From positions 3,488,001-3,552,000 of the forward strand of contig OZ243961.1 in assembly GCA_965214605.1 (NCBI GenBank): 64,000 nucleotides of DNA, written 5' to 3'. The stretch's first letter is position 1. Each line of letters opens with the position of its first letter. The stretch is from an uncultured Candidatus Binatia bacterium. GTDB lineage: Bacteria; Desulfobacterota; Binatia; Bin18. The notes under the pieces are model-generated. The model was not told where the DNA came from, did not search any database, and worked only from the letters and a program-made list of their open reading frames with translations. Shown here in pieces: positions 30,322 through 39,140 of the stretch. The translations under genes and the position numbers were made by a program.

Positions 30322-30843
30322 ATGATTGCGCCTGCTTTCGACACGCACAAGGCCGTCAAGGCGCTCCAAGAAGCCGGAGCGGCCGAATCCTTGGCTGAAG
30401 CCGTAGTGGCAACCGTCGGCGCGGCGATGGGCGAGAGCATAAAGACAAAGGCTGACCTGACCGAAGTGAAGGCTGGTCTGACCGAAGTGAAGGCTGACCT
30501 GACCGAAGTGAAGGCTGGTCTGACTGCAGTGAAGGTTGACCTGACTGCAGTGAAGAGTGAGATAGCCAGTGTGCGGACCGAGTTGACTGGCGAGATAGCC
30601 AGTGTGCGGGCCGAGTTGACTGGCGAAATAGCCAGTGTGCGGACCGAGTTGACTGGCGAGATAGCCAGTGTGCGGACCGAATTGACTGGTGAGATAGCCA
30701 GCGTGCGGGCCGAGTTGACCGACGTAAAGGCCGAGTTCAAAGCCGACGTAGCCGGGCTGGAAGTTCGCTTATACCGTCAGTTGTGGGTTCTTGGGGTTAG
30801 CATTGTCGGGCTGACGGTCACGTTGATGAAGCTACTCAACTGA
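30322..30843 (+). CDS. DUF1640/CCDC90-like membrane-anchored coiled-coil protein
   Basis: Head motif FDTHKAVKALQEAG...AEAVV, TKADL neck, repetitive stalk and C-terminal TM helix. Confidence 0.8.
   Translation: MIAPAFDTHKAVKALQEAGAAESLAEAVVATVGAAMGESIKTKADLTEVKAGLTEVKADLTEVKAGLTAVKVDLTAVKSEIASVRTELTGEIASVRAELTGEIASVRTELTGEIASVRTELTGEIASVRAELTDVKAEFKADVAGLEVRLYRQLWVLGVSIVGLTVTLMKLLN
30451..30720 (+). repeat. Coding tandem repeats: 5 x 21 bp then about 5 x 33 bp
   Basis: gctgacctgaccgaagtgaag-type units at 30451-30555 (ADLTEVK); gagatagccagtgtgcggaccgagttgactggc-type units at 30559-30720 (EIASVRTELTG). Confidence 0.95.
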
Positions 30844-31019
30844 GCCGTGCAGGCCAATATGTCAGACTAATGGAGCGTGATCCCCGACAGCCTGCCCGTG
30901 TAAAGAAAGCGCTCGAAGCCCTCTTAGGACAGTACTGGATATGGAACTTTTCGAACTGTCCGACTTAGACCACCAACAATTACACCAACGACCGATGAGA
31001 TGACAGGTGAAAGAAACAC

Positions 31020-31342
31020 TTTTTGATCTGACTCATCAATATATCGCTGAGCGAGTTTGATACAGTCCTTAAGGTCCGGTTCGTTCGTGGTTCAGACGCA
31101 GGTGGGAGGCGAGAAAATCTTTGGTTATGCCTTCCCTACGAACAAGCTCGCTAAACGCTGCTTTCCAGAGCGATGCCCCAATGTCGGCTATACTGTCGCA
31201 GATCATGTCTGCACGCTCGCTCTCCTTCAACGCGGGAATCAGCACTTCCTTGCCGGATGTTATTGTACTCTTCGTCATCAGAATACCGGCCGTCCGGATA
31301 TACAGAGAAGTCATCGGTAATTGAGATTCTGCTATTGTTCAT
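31020..31342 (-). pseudogene. Frameshifted STAS-like (DUF4325-type) gene
   Basis: MNNSRISITDDFSVYPDGRYSDD, then frameshifts to EVLIPALKES...SLWKAAFSELVRREG and DLKDCIKLAQRYIDE. Confidence 0.6.
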
Positions 31343-31394
31343 AGCGCCTCGCTGTAGGCCCTCAAGTTCGTCTCTGCGTGAACAGGAGGACCTT

Positions 31395-32552
31395 TCAGTC
31401 AAAGTTATGAGTATCCAGGTAGTCGCGGATACGGCCCAGGGCGGTTTCGATCCGCTGGGCGGATTGAGCGAAGCACAGCCGGAAGTGGGCCTCGTTGCCG
31501 GGTCCAAAGGTAAAGCCCGGAGCAAGGCCCACGTTTTTTTCGGCCAGTAGGCCCTGCACGAACTCCAGGCCGGAACGCAGTCCCCGGACGTGGGGAAAGA
31601 CATAGAAGGCGCCTTCTGGCTCGCTCAGCTCAATACGCGGGTGTGGGGCTAGAATCTGCATCACCAACTCGCGCCCGGCCCGGTAGCGCTCGCGCAGTTC
31701 CTGCACAAAGGGCTCACCCTGGGTGAGAGCGATAATGCCGGCGCTCTGGATGAAAGGCGGAGCACCGGTATTGGAGCACTCGGAGAATGCGGCCATCTGC
31801 TCGCCATAGCCGGCCGGTACAACCATCCAGCCCAGCCGCCAGCCGGTCATGGCGAACGCCTTGGAGAAGCCATTGATGACAATCAGCGGATCGTCTGGCG
31901 CGGCTATGGACAGAAAAGAGGGGGCAACGTCACCCTCAAAGACGTTGCGATGATAGACCTCGTCGGCGATAATTACGATGTTCCGCTGACGGCAGAAATC
32001 GAGCAGCCGTTGCTGTTCGTCGCGGGGCATGACCCAGCCGGTGGGATTGCAGGGCGTGTTGAGAAACAGCGCCCTGGTTTGCGGGCGGACCGTAGCGAAC
32101 AGGTCGTCAAGCTCAAGCCGCCAGCCGCATGGCTCAAGCCGTTGGCGCACAAAGTCGAACGTCGCCCCGCTCATCTGGAACGCTCGATCAATGTTGGGCC
32201 AGTTGGGGCTGATGATCAGACCATGGTCGCCGGAGCCGAGCGCCATGCGGGCTGCCATTGATATGCCCAGCATGGTGGAACCTGGCACGATGATACGCTC
32301 CATGTCAAGGTCGATCCCGTACAGGCGGTCGAGATACGCCTTGATTGCCGCCCGCAGATCCGGCCGTCCAGAAGGATGGTTGTAAAAGGTTAGTCCAGCA
32401 TCGAGAGCACTTTTGGCGGCTTCGCGGATAAAAGCCGGGGTGGGCAGGTCGCCCTCGCCAAACCACAGTGGAATGACAGACGGATCGCCGATGCGGGGCA
32501 GACCGACCTGGGTGATTCCGTTCTGTTGCAGAGTTTCAAATTCGCGACGCAT
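31395..32552 (-). CDS. PLP-dependent aminotransferase class I/II
   Basis: GEGDLPTP, NTPCNPTG, IADEVY and NGFSKAFAMTGWRLGW. Confidence 0.93.
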   Translation of the reverse strand: MRREFETLQQNGITQVGLPRIGDPSVIPLWFGEGDLPTPAFIREAAKSALDAGLTFYNHPSGRPDLRAAIKAYLDRLYGIDLDMERIIVPGSTMLGISMAARMALGSGDHGLIISPNWPNIDRAFQMSGATFDFVRQRLEPCGWRLELDDLFATVRPQTRALFLNTPCNPTGWVMPRDEQQRLLDFCRQRNIVIIADEVYHRNVFEGDVAPSFLSIAAPDDPLIVINGFSKAFAMTGWRLGWMVVPAGYGEQMAAFSECSNTGAPPFIQSAGIIALTQGEPFVQELRERYRAGRELVMQILAPHPRIELSEPEGAFYVFPHVRGLRSGLEFVQGLLAEKNVGLAPGFTFGPGNEAHFRLCFAQSAQRIETALGRIRDYLDTHNFD

Positions 32553-32585
32553 ATCGTGTTTATCCTTTGCTGGTGGAGGCCTCTA

Positions 32586-35500
32586 CTATGGGCGAAACTG
32601 TAACACCCTAGGCACTAGCTGGGCCGGCTGTGACACCAACCTATAGGCGGTCTCCAGCCACTCGCAGATCAGTTTTCGCGTGTCCCTGGGATCGATCATC
32701 TCCTCAATCTGGAACTTGGACAACGGCCCCACCGGTCCGCGCACGCTCTCGATCCGTGCCATGAGTTCGTCGCGAAACGCCTGGGGGTCGTCTGCCGCTG
32801 CCAGTTGGCGCTTATAGGCGGCCTCAATCCCCCCCTCGGGGGGAATCCCGCCCACGTCCGCGGCCGGCCACGCTACCCGCACCGACGGCCGTGACCGGGG
32901 TGTAGCGTAGTTGTTGCCCGCCACGCCAAAGCTGCGACGCATCAGGACGGTGAAGATGGGTACACTGACCTGGGCAAAGGCGATCATCCACGCGCCGCCC
33001 CGGCGAATCGTACCGGTGAGTTCGTGCTCCAAGCCCACGGCAAAGCCCGGATTGTCGATCAGGTTGAGGATTGGCAGGTGAAACAAGTCACACAGATCAA
33101 GGTGGCGCGTCAGCTTGCTACATCCATCCGCGGTCAGCGCGCCACCGTTGGCGTGCTGGCTGTCCGAGGCGATGACCCCCAACGGATAGCCGTTGAAGCG
33201 CACAAAACCTGTGATTTGGTCTGTGCCCCACAGCGGTCCGATCTCGAAGAACGATCCGACATCGGCCATCAGGGTGATGGCTTTTCTTATATCAAAGGTC
33301 ATGGTGCGCTTGCGGGGGATGAGGCTGGACAGCTCCTCTTCACGACGGTCAGGCGGATCGTGGGGGTTGGGCGGTAGAACTGGGGGCGCTTCATACACGC
33401 TCGATGGCAGATACGAGAGAAAGCGCTTGGTCATCGCCACTGCTTCCTGCTCGGTCTCGGCCAGGTTGTCCACCGAACCGTTCCGGCAGTGAATGTGCCA
33501 CCCGCCAAGATTCTCCTTGGTGATGTCATAACCTATGGCGTGGCGCACGACCGGCGGCCCGGCCACAAACAGCTGGGCGATATCGCGGACCATGACCGAG
33601 AAGTGGCCCAAGACGGCCTTAGCCGCCCCAATACCCACCACGCTGCCGAGCAGGAGATTGACCACCGGCACGGCCCCTAGCTGCTCAGTGTATAGGGTGC
33701 TGCCCAGGTGCCCAGGCAGGTATGAACCCCCTCCGCCCGCGACCCGCGGTCTGCCCGCCTTGATAGCGCCCGCGCTCTCTTTGGCGCTGCTCTCACCCTC
33801 TTTTTTCTGCGCCGGTACCATCGCCGCTACACTGCCCCCTCCTGATGAGCCGTCCAACAGCCGTACTGAGGGGATGCGCAGCTCCAGGGAGAGGCGGTCG
33901 AGGTAACTACTTTTGGCGCCGATCGCGCCGTCCGCATGCCCGCCACGCGACGTAAAATCGTCGGCGCACACGACCGCGGGGCGGGCGTCGATCTTTCCCC
34001 AGCCACCGACATGGTTGGCGGGCGTAAAATCTGTAAGGTTCCCGTCTTCGTCATACGAAGCGAACCCGGTCACGCTGCCCACCTCGTGGAAGCTGCCATC
34101 ATCCAACAGCAGAGCGATACGCTCCCGGCAGGTGAGCTTGCCACGACCGCGCTGACGGACAACGCCTGGGTCCTCCGAGCCCGCTGCCAGCCTTCTCAGA
34201 GCCAGCTTTTGCATGGCCGTGACCTCGTCCAGAAGCGGTGCCCAGGTCTGTTTGCTGGGCAGCGGTTCGTGGTGTGTGACCTCGTCGGGCGTGAGCACCA
34301 TCACCACCTGTCTAGCAGTGACGCTATCTCCGGCGTTTAAGGGCTGGGCGGCCGTCACCACGCCTGCACACGGGGCCGTGACCATGGTTTCCATTTTCAT
34401 TGCGCTGAGGATCAGCAGGGTATCGCCCGCGGCCACACGGCTGCCCTCCTTGACCCGAAGCTCGACTACAGCGCCCGCCATTGGACACTCTACCACGCGT
34501 TGGCCGGGGCGCACCTCAAGCATCGGCGCTGAAGAGGTCGAAGACGCGGTTGATGAAGCCACAGGCAGACCGGTCGCCGTGTCGAGGCTCCTGACACGGG
34601 CTTGCTGCTCAAGAAGTGTGAGCGCGGCGCTGTTGGCCTTGGTGGAGGAGGGCGGCGACAGGAGCTCAGGTTCTTCGGCCAGCAGCGATGTTCTGGCGTC
34701 GCCAGCCCGAACAGTCGGGTGGGAGAGAATGGCCCGAAGCTGGGGCAGGTTGGTGGGCAGACCGGCAATGTGGAACTCGTCTAGCGCGCGGAGCGTCCGC
34801 TCAATAGCGGAGGCGAAGGATGCCGAGGAGCTTGAGGAACAAACGACCTTGGCGAGAAGCGGATCGAACTGTGACGGTAGGGTGTAGCCCAGGTAAGCGC
34901 AAGCGTCAACCCGCACCCCCGGCCCTGAGGGTTCCTTATACGCACTCAGCGTCCCCCCGCCTCTGGCAACGACTCTGGCCTGGACTGCAAAGCCGCGCGG
35001 GACGCTCACAGCCCGCTGGTCGCCCAGGCCTAAGGACCGCAGCGTCGCTCCAGATGCGATCTGGAACTGGGCCTCGACCAGGTCAATGCCCGTTACCTGT
35101 TCGGTGACGGTGTGCTCGACCTGGATGCGTGGGTTGCATTCGAGAAAGAAGTGCTGGCCAGTTTCGGGCGCGACCAGGAACTCCACGGTCCCCGCGTTGA
35201 CATACTCGGCGGCTCGGATGAGTTTGAGCGCGGCGGCCAGAATCCTCTCCCGGACAGCGTTGTCGAGCGCTGGTGCCGGGGCCACCTCTACGACCTTCTG
35301 GTTTCTGAGCTGCACCGAACAGTCCCGCTCGTGGAGATGGATCGCGTTGCCATGGGCGTCGGCCAGGATTTGAACCTCGATGTGTCGCGGTCGGGCGATG
35401 AGCTTCTCGACGAACAGAGCATCGTCGCCAAAGGCGGCCCGTGCCTCACTGCGGCAGCGGTCAAACGACTCGGCCATCTCTTCAGCCCGTTCGACCGCAC

Positions 35501-36044
35501 GCATACCGCGTCCACCACCGCCGGCTGCCGCTTTGAGCATAATGGGATAGCCGAGGGCGAGCGCTAATTCTGCCGCTTCGTCCGGCGATGTGAGGGGTGT
35601 GGTGCTGCCGGGCACGATCGGGATGGCTAAGGATTGGGCGAGCAGGCGGGCACGAATCTTGTCTCCAAACAGTGCCAGGGCAGCGGGCGGTGGGCCAATA
35701 AAGGTGAGGCCCTCAGACGCGCAGCATTCGGCAAAGTGCGCATTCTCGGACAAGAAACCGTAGCCCGGATGGACACAGTCACAGGCCGAGACCTTGGCCA
35801 GGTCTATGAGGGCTTGGACGTCTAGGTAGGCGCTCACGGCGTCTGGCTCGCTGTTGTGACTGTTAAGCTCCCGCGTTTCGGTTGTGAACCGCGTGTGCAG
35901 CGATAGCGCATCAACGGGGGCGTATATGCCCACGGATTCTATGCCGAGTGCCTCAGCGGCTTTGGCAATGCGAATAGCAATCTCGCCGCGATTACTGATG
36001 AAGACGCGTTTGAGCCCTGTCACTCCTCGCCCCTCTCGACTCAT
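32586..36044 (-). CDS. Single-chain acyl-CoA carboxylase (biotin carboxylase + BCCP + carboxyltransferase)
   Basis: NRGEIAIR, HPGYGFLSEN, GGGGRGMR, ERDCSVQ, AMKM biotin site, GKLTCRERI and IDNPGFAVG. ATG 36044 follows AGGAGG. Confidence 0.92.
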   Translation of the reverse strand: MSREGRGVTGLKRVFISNRGEIAIRIAKAAEALGIESVGIYAPVDALSLHTRFTTETRELNSHNSEPDAVSAYLDVQALIDLAKVSACDCVHPGYGFLSENAHFAECCASEGLTFIGPPPAALALFGDKIRARLLAQSLAIPIVPGSTTPLTSPDEAAELALALGYPIMLKAAAGGGGRGMRAVERAEEMAESFDRCRSEARAAFGDDALFVEKLIARPRHIEVQILADAHGNAIHLHERDCSVQLRNQKVVEVAPAPALDNAVRERILAAALKLIRAAEYVNAGTVEFLVAPETGQHFFLECNPRIQVEHTVTEQVTGIDLVEAQFQIASGATLRSLGLGDQRAVSVPRGFAVQARVVARGGGTLSAYKEPSGPGVRVDACAYLGYTLPSQFDPLLAKVVCSSSSSASFASAIERTLRALDEFHIAGLPTNLPQLRAILSHPTVRAGDARTSLLAEEPELLSPPSSTKANSAALTLLEQQARVRSLDTATGLPVASSTASSTSSAPMLEVRPGQRVVECPMAGAVVELRVKEGSRVAAGDTLLILSAMKMETMVTAPCAGVVTAAQPLNAGDSVTARQVVMVLTPDEVTHHEPLPSKQTWAPLLDEVTAMQKLALRRLAAGSEDPGVVRQRGRGKLTCRERIALLLDDGSFHEVGSVTGFASYDEDGNLTDFTPANHVGGWGKIDARPAVVCADDFTSRGGHADGAIGAKSSYLDRLSLELRIPSVRLLDGSSGGGSVAAMVPAQKKEGESSAKESAGAIKAGRPRVAGGGGSYLPGHLGSTLYTEQLGAVPVVNLLLGSVVGIGAAKAVLGHFSVMVRDIAQLFVAGPPVVRHAIGYDITKENLGGWHIHCRNGSVDNLAETEQEAVAMTKRFLSYLPSSVYEAPPVLPPNPHDPPDRREEELSSLIPRKRTMTFDIRKAITLMADVGSFFEIGPLWGTDQITGFVRFNGYPLGVIASDSQHANGGALTADGCSKLTRHLDLCDLFHLPILNLIDNPGFAVGLEHELTGTIRRGGAWMIAFAQVSVPIFTVLMRRSFGVAGNNYATPRSRPSVRVAWPAADVGGIPPEGGIEAAYKRQLAAADDPQAFRDELMARIESVRGPVGPLSKFQIEEMIDPRDTRKLICEWLETAYRLVSQPAQLVPRVLQFRP

Positions 36045-36111
36045 CGAAGCCCTCCTTTTGCCGACTGGACTATCCCTGGTCACGGCAGCCTGATGAAGAA
36101 TCCCAACAAAA

Positions 36112-36804
36112 CTAAGCGTCTCCTCGCCGCTGTCCCCAGCCGTTCCAGTAGGTCACCTCTTCGACCGGCAGACGCTTGGCCGGTCTGAAACCGTCGCCCG
36201 TAAAGTGGGCTACGGGCAGCAGGGCGGCCTGTAAAATATCGTCCGGAATGCCCAGAATCTCGGCCGCCTGTCGTTCATATACCAGATGGACTGTGGTCCA
36301 TGCCGAGCCCAAGCCTCGGGCGCGCAGGGCCAACATCAGCGACCAGGTGGCAGGCAAAATCGAGCCGTACAGCGAGGCGTGGTAAAATGAACTGGGCGTG
36401 GGAGACTGGAACAGCAGAGGATACTCTTTCACTCGAGTATTGATGCAGGGGATGATGTGGACCGGGGCCTCATGGAGGTGTTCGTTGAGGTACATACTGG
36501 CGTCGAGCATGCGCTGCCACTGCCCCGCCCGCAGACTATCGGTCGGATACTGGGGCGGCTGTTGGTTCTGGAACTGCCTATAATCACGCATCGCCCTGCG
36601 ATAGACCTCGGCCAACGCCAGGCGTTTTTCTGGTTCGGTTATCACCAGAAAATACCAGCCTTGCGAATTGACACCAGTGGGCGACTGTAGGGCAATCTCG
36701 ATGCAACGCTGAATCACAGCGGGGTCGACGGGACGAGTGAAGTTTAGGCGTTTTTTCACGGAGCGCGTTGTCGTGAGAATATGGTCTATAGTTTCTACAT
36801 CCAT
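36112..36804 (-). CDS. Nitroreductase family protein
   Basis: LTTTRSVKKRL, SPTGVNSQGWYFLVI and LALRARGLGSAWTT. Confidence 0.9.
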   Translation of the reverse strand: MDVETIDHILTTTRSVKKRLNFTRPVDPAVIQRCIEIALQSPTGVNSQGWYFLVITEPEKRLALAEVYRRAMRDYRQFQNQQPPQYPTDSLRAGQWQRMLDASMYLNEHLHEAPVHIIPCINTRVKEYPLLFQSPTPSSFYHASLYGSILPATWSLMLALRARGLGSAWTTVHLVYERQAAEILGIPDDILQAALLPVAHFTGDGFRPAKRLPVEEVTYWNGWGQRRGDA

Positions 36805-36900
36805 AGGGGCGCCTCCTTAATTGGTCCTGGCCTGTCCAGACCCTGCAGGCCTGTGTCGTGTATACACTATTGGACGGGGAAATCAGAGCTGTATCTTGCC

Positions 36901-36931
36901 TTTGACAAACACGGTCCAAGCGCAGAATAAT
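36901..36931 (+). promoter_or_regulatory. Promoter-like element, copy B
   Basis: tTTGACAaacacggtccaagcgcagAATAAT, 26 nt upstream of the dipeptidase GTG (RBS AAGGAGG). Confidence 0.6.
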
Positions 36932-36957
36932 CTCGGACACACAAGGAGGTCCGACTA

Positions 36958-38160
36958 GTGGGGACTCATAAACACTATAGCGGCTATCGTTCCTATCAGT
37001 ATCTGGATGGGGGCCACGATTACAAACGCTTCAAACTTGCCAAAGAGGTTGGACGGGTACCCTCTGCTCAGGTCGTGCTCAGCCCAAGTCAGGAACAGCG
37101 TGTCCAAGACCTCCTAGCCCGGCACCTAGCCATCTCTATGCATGATCACCCGGTCGTGGTCCCGGAGGACGTGACCGAGATTTTTGAACAAAAGCGCTTG
37201 GGGCGCGATTTTAGCGGGTTCCAGGGCTTGGCGGCGTCTGGCCTTGATGCCGTCTTTGATAACATGATGAACGGCATGTGCACAATTACCTCGCAGGCCG
37301 GTTGGAAGTGGAACGATGTTATCCACGACTTAGGCATGCGTTTGTGCGATCTGGCTCACCAGGACTTTGTTGTGGTGTGTGACGGCGTGCGCGATATTCT
37401 GGCCGCCCATGAGACGGGCCGGCTGGCCCTGGTGCCGACCCTTGAATCGGCCACCCCCATAGAGAACGAACTCGACCGGCTCGACGTCCTGTATGGGGTT
37501 GGGGTGCGCAGCATGGGGATCACGTACAGTGAATCGAATCTGTTAGGGAGCGGCCTACGCGAGGCGGGCGATAGCGGTCTGACCGATTTTGGGCGACAGG
37601 CGGTAGAACGCATGAACAAGCTCGGCATTTTGATCGATACCGCGCACTGCGGCGATCAGACCACCTTGGACACGATTGAAGTGAGCCATCAGCCGATTGT
37701 CATCTCGCACGCTGGCGCGCGGGCCTTGTGGCAGACGCCGCGTTTAAAGCCCGATCATGTCCTCGAAGCTATGGCCGCTAAGGGCGGCGTGCTTGGCATT
37801 GAAGCCGCTCCGCATACGACCCTGACCGAGCACTACCCCCGGCATACAATCGACTCGTGTATGGAGCACTTTGAGTACGCAGTCGGCCTGCTGGGTATCG
37901 ATCATGTCGGCTTTGGGCCTGATACCATCTTTGGCGATCACGTTGGACTGCACCGGACTTATGCCGCGCAACTGTCGGTGACAAAAATCCTTGGCAACAA
38001 GTCCTACCAGCCGGTTGAGTATGTCGACGGGCTAGAGAATCCCGCCGACTTTCCCAATATCATCCGCTGGCTCGTCAAACACGCCTACAGCGACGAGGAC
38101 ATTGCCAAGGTGATGGGGGCGAACGCGTTACGGGTCCTCAGGCAAGTCTGGGTTCGTTGA
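36958..38160 (+). CDS. Membrane dipeptidase (peptidase M19) family
   Basis: SMHDHP, GLTDFGRQAVERMNKLGILIDTAH, ISHAG, GIDHVGFGPD and KVMGANALRV. Confidence 0.9.
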   Translation: MGTHKHYSGYRSYQYLDGGHDYKRFKLAKEVGRVPSAQVVLSPSQEQRVQDLLARHLAISMHDHPVVVPEDVTEIFEQKRLGRDFSGFQGLAASGLDAVFDNMMNGMCTITSQAGWKWNDVIHDLGMRLCDLAHQDFVVVCDGVRDILAAHETGRLALVPTLESATPIENELDRLDVLYGVGVRSMGITYSESNLLGSGLREAGDSGLTDFGRQAVERMNKLGILIDTAHCGDQTTLDTIEVSHQPIVISHAGARALWQTPRLKPDHVLEAMAAKGGVLGIEAAPHTTLTEHYPRHTIDSCMEHFEYAVGLLGIDHVGFGPDTIFGDHVGLHRTYAAQLSVTKILGNKSYQPVEYVDGLENPADFPNIIRWLVKHAYSDEDIAKVMGANALRVLRQVWVR

Positions 38161-38164
38161 GACG

Positions 38165-38587
38165 TGCATCGTATTGAGCTGTCTTCCGGGACGAACGCCA
38201 ATCGTCTTGATCTCGATCAGCAGACCAGCGGCAACAATGGTCGCGCGCTGGCCGGCGGATTGTCGCTAAATATACTGCCACGCCGCTTCCGGCATATTCA
38301 TGAACTTGTTGGCATCGGGAATAGACGTGTTGATTGTGACGAGGCGTTTCGTCTGGGCTCTGGCTGCTGCCAAGACGGCCTTGATATTTTGAAACGGCTG
38401 GCAGGTTGAGGCTTTCATGTTGTCCTGAGCGACCAGTTTTCTCTGGACATTAAAAGCGCTCCGACCGGCCACGTAGCGCTCTGCTTGGCCTGCGGGCCAG
38501 CGGCAGACGACCGTCCCAACTCCACCCCGGATCGCTAATACGGATCGGCCCGCTATCTGAAACCTGGGCTGCAGAAGTCTGTATCAT
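38165..38587 (-). pseudogene. Degraded RidA/YjgF family gene
   Basis: YVAGRSAF...LVAQDNM, FQNIKAVLAAA and RATIVAAGLLIEIKTI, with stops and frameshifts. Confidence 0.65.
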
Positions 38588-38642
38588 CTCTCTGCTATGG
38601 ATGGGCGTGGTGACCGGCTAGCCCTCAGGATCTGGACCCGTC

Positions 38643-38901
38643 CTATTGCCTTTCGCCCGGTGGCGGTGATAGGCTTATCGCTACTGCGGCGTCCAACTCA
38701 ATGGTGAACGTTGCCTTGGTGGAGATGAACCCCTGCATGATCTCGTGGATCACGGCCTGGGTTAGTGGCAACGTGATCTGTGGACGCAGCAAAACGGGCG
38801 CTTGGCTCGCACAGAGCTGGTGCCGTGCCGTCTCAAGGTCTCCCTTTTCTACGGCGTCGATCAATAAGAAGATCCCATTCTTTGGGTTTGGGTGTCGGCA
38901 T
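38643..38901 (-). pseudogene. Degraded SnoaL/YybH-like (NTF2-fold) gene
   Basis: RBS GGAGAGGAG then MPTPKPKEWDLL; frameshift to IDAVEKGDLETA...IHEIMQGFISTKATFTIE; truncated. Confidence 0.5.
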
Positions 38902-39140
38902 GTCTCTCCTCTCCTTTGTTGGTTGTGACTTGATATCTCCTCCTTCCCGGCGATACTCAGCCAAAAAAGCCTCAAATGGCCAAGGCTGCTTTTCGGGTCA
39001 GTGTGGCTCGTCCTGTTCGGCTTGACACCTCTCCTTGGGTGGGGCGATAAGGACGTCTCTGGAAGAAAAGAGCATACCAGCACCTTGCCTAGGCCGACTG
39101 TCTGTGAACCTGTATCTCTTGTGCTCGAAGGGGGTTGTGG

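Noticed and set aside
30451-30720. 33-bp repeats as CRISPR repeats
   Set aside because: The units are contiguous, in-frame and encode a coiled coil.
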